Positions 58,416 through 64,000 of a stretch of 64,000 nt of DNA are shown in pieces. Every line of letters begins with the position of its first letter. The first letter of the stretch is position 1. The translations under genes were made by a program, and so were the position numbers. Source of the stretch: the human T2T-CHM13v2.0 reference genome, Homo sapiens; assembly GCF_009914755.1 (NCBI RefSeq), contig NC_060929.1, one strand, 5' to 3'. Below the pieces are notes generated by a model that was given only the letters and a program-made list of their open reading frames with translations, made no database searches and was not told the origin of the DNA.

Positions 58416-60085
58416 GTGTGTATATATACGTGTATGTTTGTACTATATGTGTATAGATACACATATGTATATATCTGTACTATATGTATATCTATACATA
58501 GGTATAGATGTACTATATATGTGTATCTATAAACATATTTATAGATGTATATATGTACTATGTATATATACTATATGTGTATATGTATGTGTACTATGTA
58601 TATGTATATATACATATATAGTATATATACATACATGTATATAGTATATATGTATATATGTACTATATATATACATATATAAAATATACACTATATATAT
58701 TGTGTGTATATATGTGTATATTGTATGTGTATATATATATCATATCATGATAGGCACTGGCATTTTAGTGCCTATCATGAACTTCAGGCTTTTGTATCCA
58801 ACAACCAAATTGACATTCCATTTGAATGTCTGCCAGTCATCACAAATTTAACTCATTTTTACTACCCAGCCCCCAACCTGTATCTTCCACATACTTCCCT
58901 ATGTCAGTAATCATTAGCTTCCAATTGCTCAAGACAAAAACCCAGTGTTACCCTGGACCACTCTTTTTCTCTTACATTCCATGTTTGATCCATTAGCAAA
59001 TCCTAATAACTCTATCTTCCACATATATTCATACTCGACCACTTTTAACACCTTCATTGTACCACCTTAGCGCAGGCTGTCATCTTTTTTCACCTGGCTT
59101 CCTAATTAATGCCCTCTTAGAATCTGGTCTCTAAACAATAGCTAGAGTTATCCTTTTAAAATGTGAGTTCAGTCATATAACTCTTTTACTAAAAACCTTC
59201 CGGTGACTTCCTATTTAGTCTGAGTGAAAATCAAAGCTTTAACCATGGCTTCCAAGGCCTTCAGTGGTTCCTCTCGTCTTTCTTCTCTAATCTTTGTCTT
59301 CTATCATTCTCCCACTCCTTTATTCTGCTCCAGCCATCCTAATATCCCTGCTGTTTCTGTGGCGCCTCGGCCCTTCCTGTTCCCACTATCTGTTGTGTTC
59401 TTCCCCTAGATAGCTTTATGACTTGCCCCCTTACTTTCTTCATATCTGTGCTCAAATGGCACCTTATCAGTGAGATCACACCTGCCCACCCTACGTAAAA
59501 TAGCATCTTCTCAACACTATCATTTTTAATCTTTCTTACTCGGATTTATTCATTTATTTGTTTATCTATTATTATTATTTTTTTATCTGAGATGGAGTCT
59601 CTCTCTGTCACTTAGGCTGGAGTGCAATGGTGTGACCTCGGCTCACTCAGCCTCCCAGGTTCAAGCGATACCCCTGCTTCAGCCTCCTGAGTAGCTGAGA
59701 TTACAGGCATCTGCCACCATGCCTGACCAATTTTTGCATTTTTAGTAGAGACAGGGTTTCACCATGTTGGCCAGGGTGGTCTCAAACTCCTGACCTCAGG
59801 TAATCCGCCTGCCTCAGCCTCCCAAAGCGCTGGGATTACAGGCATGAGCTGCTGCACCTGGCCAATTTATTTAGTTTTATTGCACTTAAAACCACTTGTT
59901 CTACATATTTAGTTGTTTGTTGTTTATCTTCTTCATCCTGCACTCTACCCTGCCCTCCAGAATGTAAGCTCCATGAAGGCAAGAACTTGTCTGTTTTGTT
60001 CACTGCTGTATTCTTAGGACCTAGCACAGCACATTGCATGAAGTAAGTGCTCAATAATATTTATTGAATGAGTGAATGAACGAGT
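58160..60085 (+). mobile_element. L2 LINE interrupted by a microsatellite and an antisense Alu (~59545-59863)
   Basis: Canonical L2 3' end: AGAATGTAAGCTCCATGAAGGCAAGAAC...GTGCTCAATAATATTTATTGAATGAGTGAATGAA. Confidence 0.8.
58375..58742. repeat. (AC)~15 followed by ~330 bp of degenerate (TA/TG)n
   Basis: Read directly from the sequence. Confidence 0.95.
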
Positions 60086-60964
60086 GAGAAATTGGAGACC
60101 ATTTCCCTCCAAACAGACTGTACTAATTTATACTCCTATCAAAAATAAATGAATATGCTCATTTTTCTCATATGCTCTATAAAATTGGATATTGCTGATT
60201 TCTAAATTTTTTTATTCTAAAAGATGAAAAGTTACATATTTTTAGATTTGCATTTTCCTTATTAATACTAATGTTGAGCATATTTTTATATGCGTATTGG
60301 TCATTGGTATTTCTTTTAGGCATTTATTGTTTATGTCCTTTGTTTTATTGTGAGTTTATTTTTAAATATTGATTTGTAAAAATAACATATATGATTATAT
60401 ATTATATAATAATATAAAAATATATAATCCTATATAATAATATATAAAAGAGTAAAATATATTATTATAGTATTCTTCATTTTCTATAGGTATTGCAAAT
60501 ATTTTCCCCAGTCTGTCACTTTTCTTTTAACATTGTTAACAGTATCATTTGTCATATAGAAGTTTTTAAGTTTTAATAAATCTTCCAGTCTTTTGCTCAG
60601 TGGCTTTGGGTTGGTGTTTTGCTCAGGAAATCTTTTACAACTTCAAAATTGGAAAATATTCTTTTGTATTTTCCCCTACACCTTTATAATTTTAATTTTT
60701 GTATTTAGGGTTTCAACCCACTTGGAACTTATTTTGGGGGGTTTTGTGATGTGGTAGTGTAGCTTATTTATTTTATTTAATGGTGAGCCAAATGACTTCA
60801 TACTGATTACTGACCCATCTGTTTGTTCATCTCTGACCCCAAATCCCCAATTTATCATATATTAACTTCTAACATATATGGCCCTGTTTTCTAGAGTCTG
60901 TTTTCTAATTTCCTGATCTGTTTTCTTCTCTGTCACAATAACATGTTTTAATTTTTATGAATGA

Positions 60965-61263
<299 letters not shown>

Positions 61264-61502
61264 TTACAAATGCACTTTAGTTGATTTTTATATCTGTTAA
61301 TTCTACATTTTTAAATTGTCTTTACTCCTGTGCATTTTCTTTTTCAGATACATTTTAGAATTACTTTACAAGTTTTATAAAAAACTTGTTGGGATTTTTT
61401 CCGTATTCTACAGTAAAGTTGTGCAGTTTTCTTGATATTAGGTATTTTCCTGGATATTTGACATATAACTCTCTTAATTATTCTATTAATTTTTCAATTG
61501 AA

Positions 61503-62201
<699 letters not shown>

Positions 62202-62730
62202 CCATTTACTTTTTATGTCTAATGTTGAACTGTAGTCATGATAGTGAGCATTCTTCTATTTTTCTTTGCTTTAATGGAAATGTTTATAATATTTAATCAT
62301 TAAGTATGTATTTTTATTAGATTCTTTTCATCAGATTAAGAGAAATGTCTTATAGGTTTTTTCAGAGCTTCAAAAATTTGAGATTGAGTGTTGAATTCTA
62401 TTCAAAGTTTTAACATCTATCAGTGTAATTATATGGACTTTTTCTTTTAATTCATTAATGTAGTGATTACATTGACAGATTTTCTAATGTTGAACCATCC
62501 TTGCATTTCTATTGTAACTCTTTCTTGATAATGAATGCATTATTCATTTGTGGATTCAACTTGATATTATCTCATTTAAGATTTTTTCTGCTACATTTCT
62601 CTTATTTTTAAATATAGTTTTTATTTTTCTTTCTTTTTAGTCTTTATTTAGTAAGATTGCTTTTGATTGCCAAAGCAATAGATTCTGGCTAACCTAAGTA
62701 ACAACAGTGATGTATTTTCAAGATAAAGAT

Positions 62731-63239
62731 TGTCTTAGCCTGAGTTTCCTCTAGAGCCTGAGATAAAGGTTAGTGTGATGATATTTATTTTGGAAAATAA
62801 TTTCATGAGCCAAGAATACAAGACAGGGAGAGTAAAGCAGAGGAGGAAGAGTCACTTATAAATATGTGTTATTGAGTCCCTACTGGTGCCTGGTTCTTAA
62901 TTCTTCTAGAATCTTCTGAGGAGACTCATGAAATAAGGCAGTCCATTCATGAGATGAAAGGGAGAGAGCATTTATCCATTGGTTTCCTTTGCTTATAGAT
63001 CAAAGGTGGCCCCATAGTGTTTACTACCTGCAGTTCCAGATTATGCACATGTACTGTATGAGTGCGGAGTTAAGTGTGGAATTCCACAGCCAGAATGGCA
63101 GGGTCACAGTGTGAGGGTTGACCAGTTGCACATGTGTGAAGCTGGTTAAAGCCTCCATGGAATGGTAGTGGGAGCTGTGGCTAGAGTAAAAGGTAGAATT
63201 GAAAGGTTTTGGAATGGTGCTCAAGAGGTGTCCAATACA
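62731..63239. mobile_element. Old ERVL-class solo LTR (LTR33/LTR16-like)
   Basis: TGTCTTAGCCTGAGTTTCC...GAGGTGTCCAATACA, with TG...CA termini. Confidence 0.55.
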
Positions 63240-63519
63240 CTGGGATTCTTCACACTCTTGATATGCGCTCCCCTGGCCAGTTCTCTCTTTCTAAGCTCTT
63301 CCGAGCAGAAGCTATATTCTAACATTGTAGCAAGCTTTTGTTGTTGCTCCCATACTGTCTCTCAAAGTTGTGAGAGCCTAGGTCCTTCACAAAAAGCTTT
63401 CTAATGTCTTAAGTAGAGCCTAATGTCATGTTAAAATATGTTTGACTGGATTTTTAGCTTTTTATTTCAATTATGATGTACTCTCTTCCTATATAAGTGA
63501 TATTGTTTAATTAATTAAT

Positions 63520-63800
63520 TTAGACTGAATCTTGCTCTGTCGCCCAGGCTGGAGTGCTGTGGCATGATCATAGCTCACTGTAACCTCAGACTCTTGGGCT
63601 TAAGTGATCCTCCTACCTCAGCCTCGTGAGTAGCTGGGACTATGGCATGTGCCACTATGCCTGGCTGATTTTTAAATTTTTTGTAGAGATGGAGTCTCAC
63701 TATTTGCCCAGGCTTGTCTTGAACTCCTGGCCTCAAGCAGTCCTCCCACCTTGGCCTCCCAAAGTGCTAGGATTACAGGCATGAGCCACCGTGCCTGGCC
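63520..63800 (-). mobile_element. AluJ
   Basis: Diverged antisense Alu. Confidence 0.85.
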
Positions 63801-64000
63801 CCCTTTTAGTTCCCAGGAAACAAACACCCTTCAAGCTTTGGGAAAAAGTTAGTCATACTCAGAAAAGGGGACATTTATTTCTTTGTATTTAGGGATAGAA
63901 TGTTACATAGATTAGCAATATCATTCATTCCATGAGTCACTTTATTTCTGCTTTGTCATAAAAATAGGAGAGAAGCAGGGAATTAAGAAGAGAGAAGTTG

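Noticed and set aside
58414-58910. Tyr/Ile/Cys/Val-rich ORFs
   Set aside because: Translation of the TA/TG microsatellite.

Overview
This is primate, almost certainly human, genomic DNA and not a prokaryotic or viral locus. It contains about 40 Alus (including a human-specific AluYa5), one SVA, L1s, L2s, MIRs, LTRs and DNA-transposon fossils. The only host coding sequence I can support is a 120-nt exon at 12186-12305 (+). It carries the start codon and the first 36 codons of the autophagy E2-like enzyme ATG10 ([36 protein letters not shown]), so the rest of the window is ATG10 intron. The main intronic passengers are: a MER85 piggyBac MITE with an intact CSB-PGBD3-type palindrome, nested in an LTR; an antisense SVA with a perfect 16-bp target-site duplication (TSD); a near-full-length old L1; an antisense PPIA (cyclophilin A) retrocopy with an uninterrupted 165-codon ORF; a tail-less internal L1PA fragment with flanking direct repeats, nested in an older L1; and a decayed Charlie/hAT transposase gene. 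I found no convincing new biological system. The findings are retrotransposition oddities, possible regulatory or RNA-structure effects on ATG10, and candidate polymorphisms. Repeat subfamily names and old-repeat boundaries come from recalled consensus sequences and are approximate; RepeatMasker/Dfam should confirm them.
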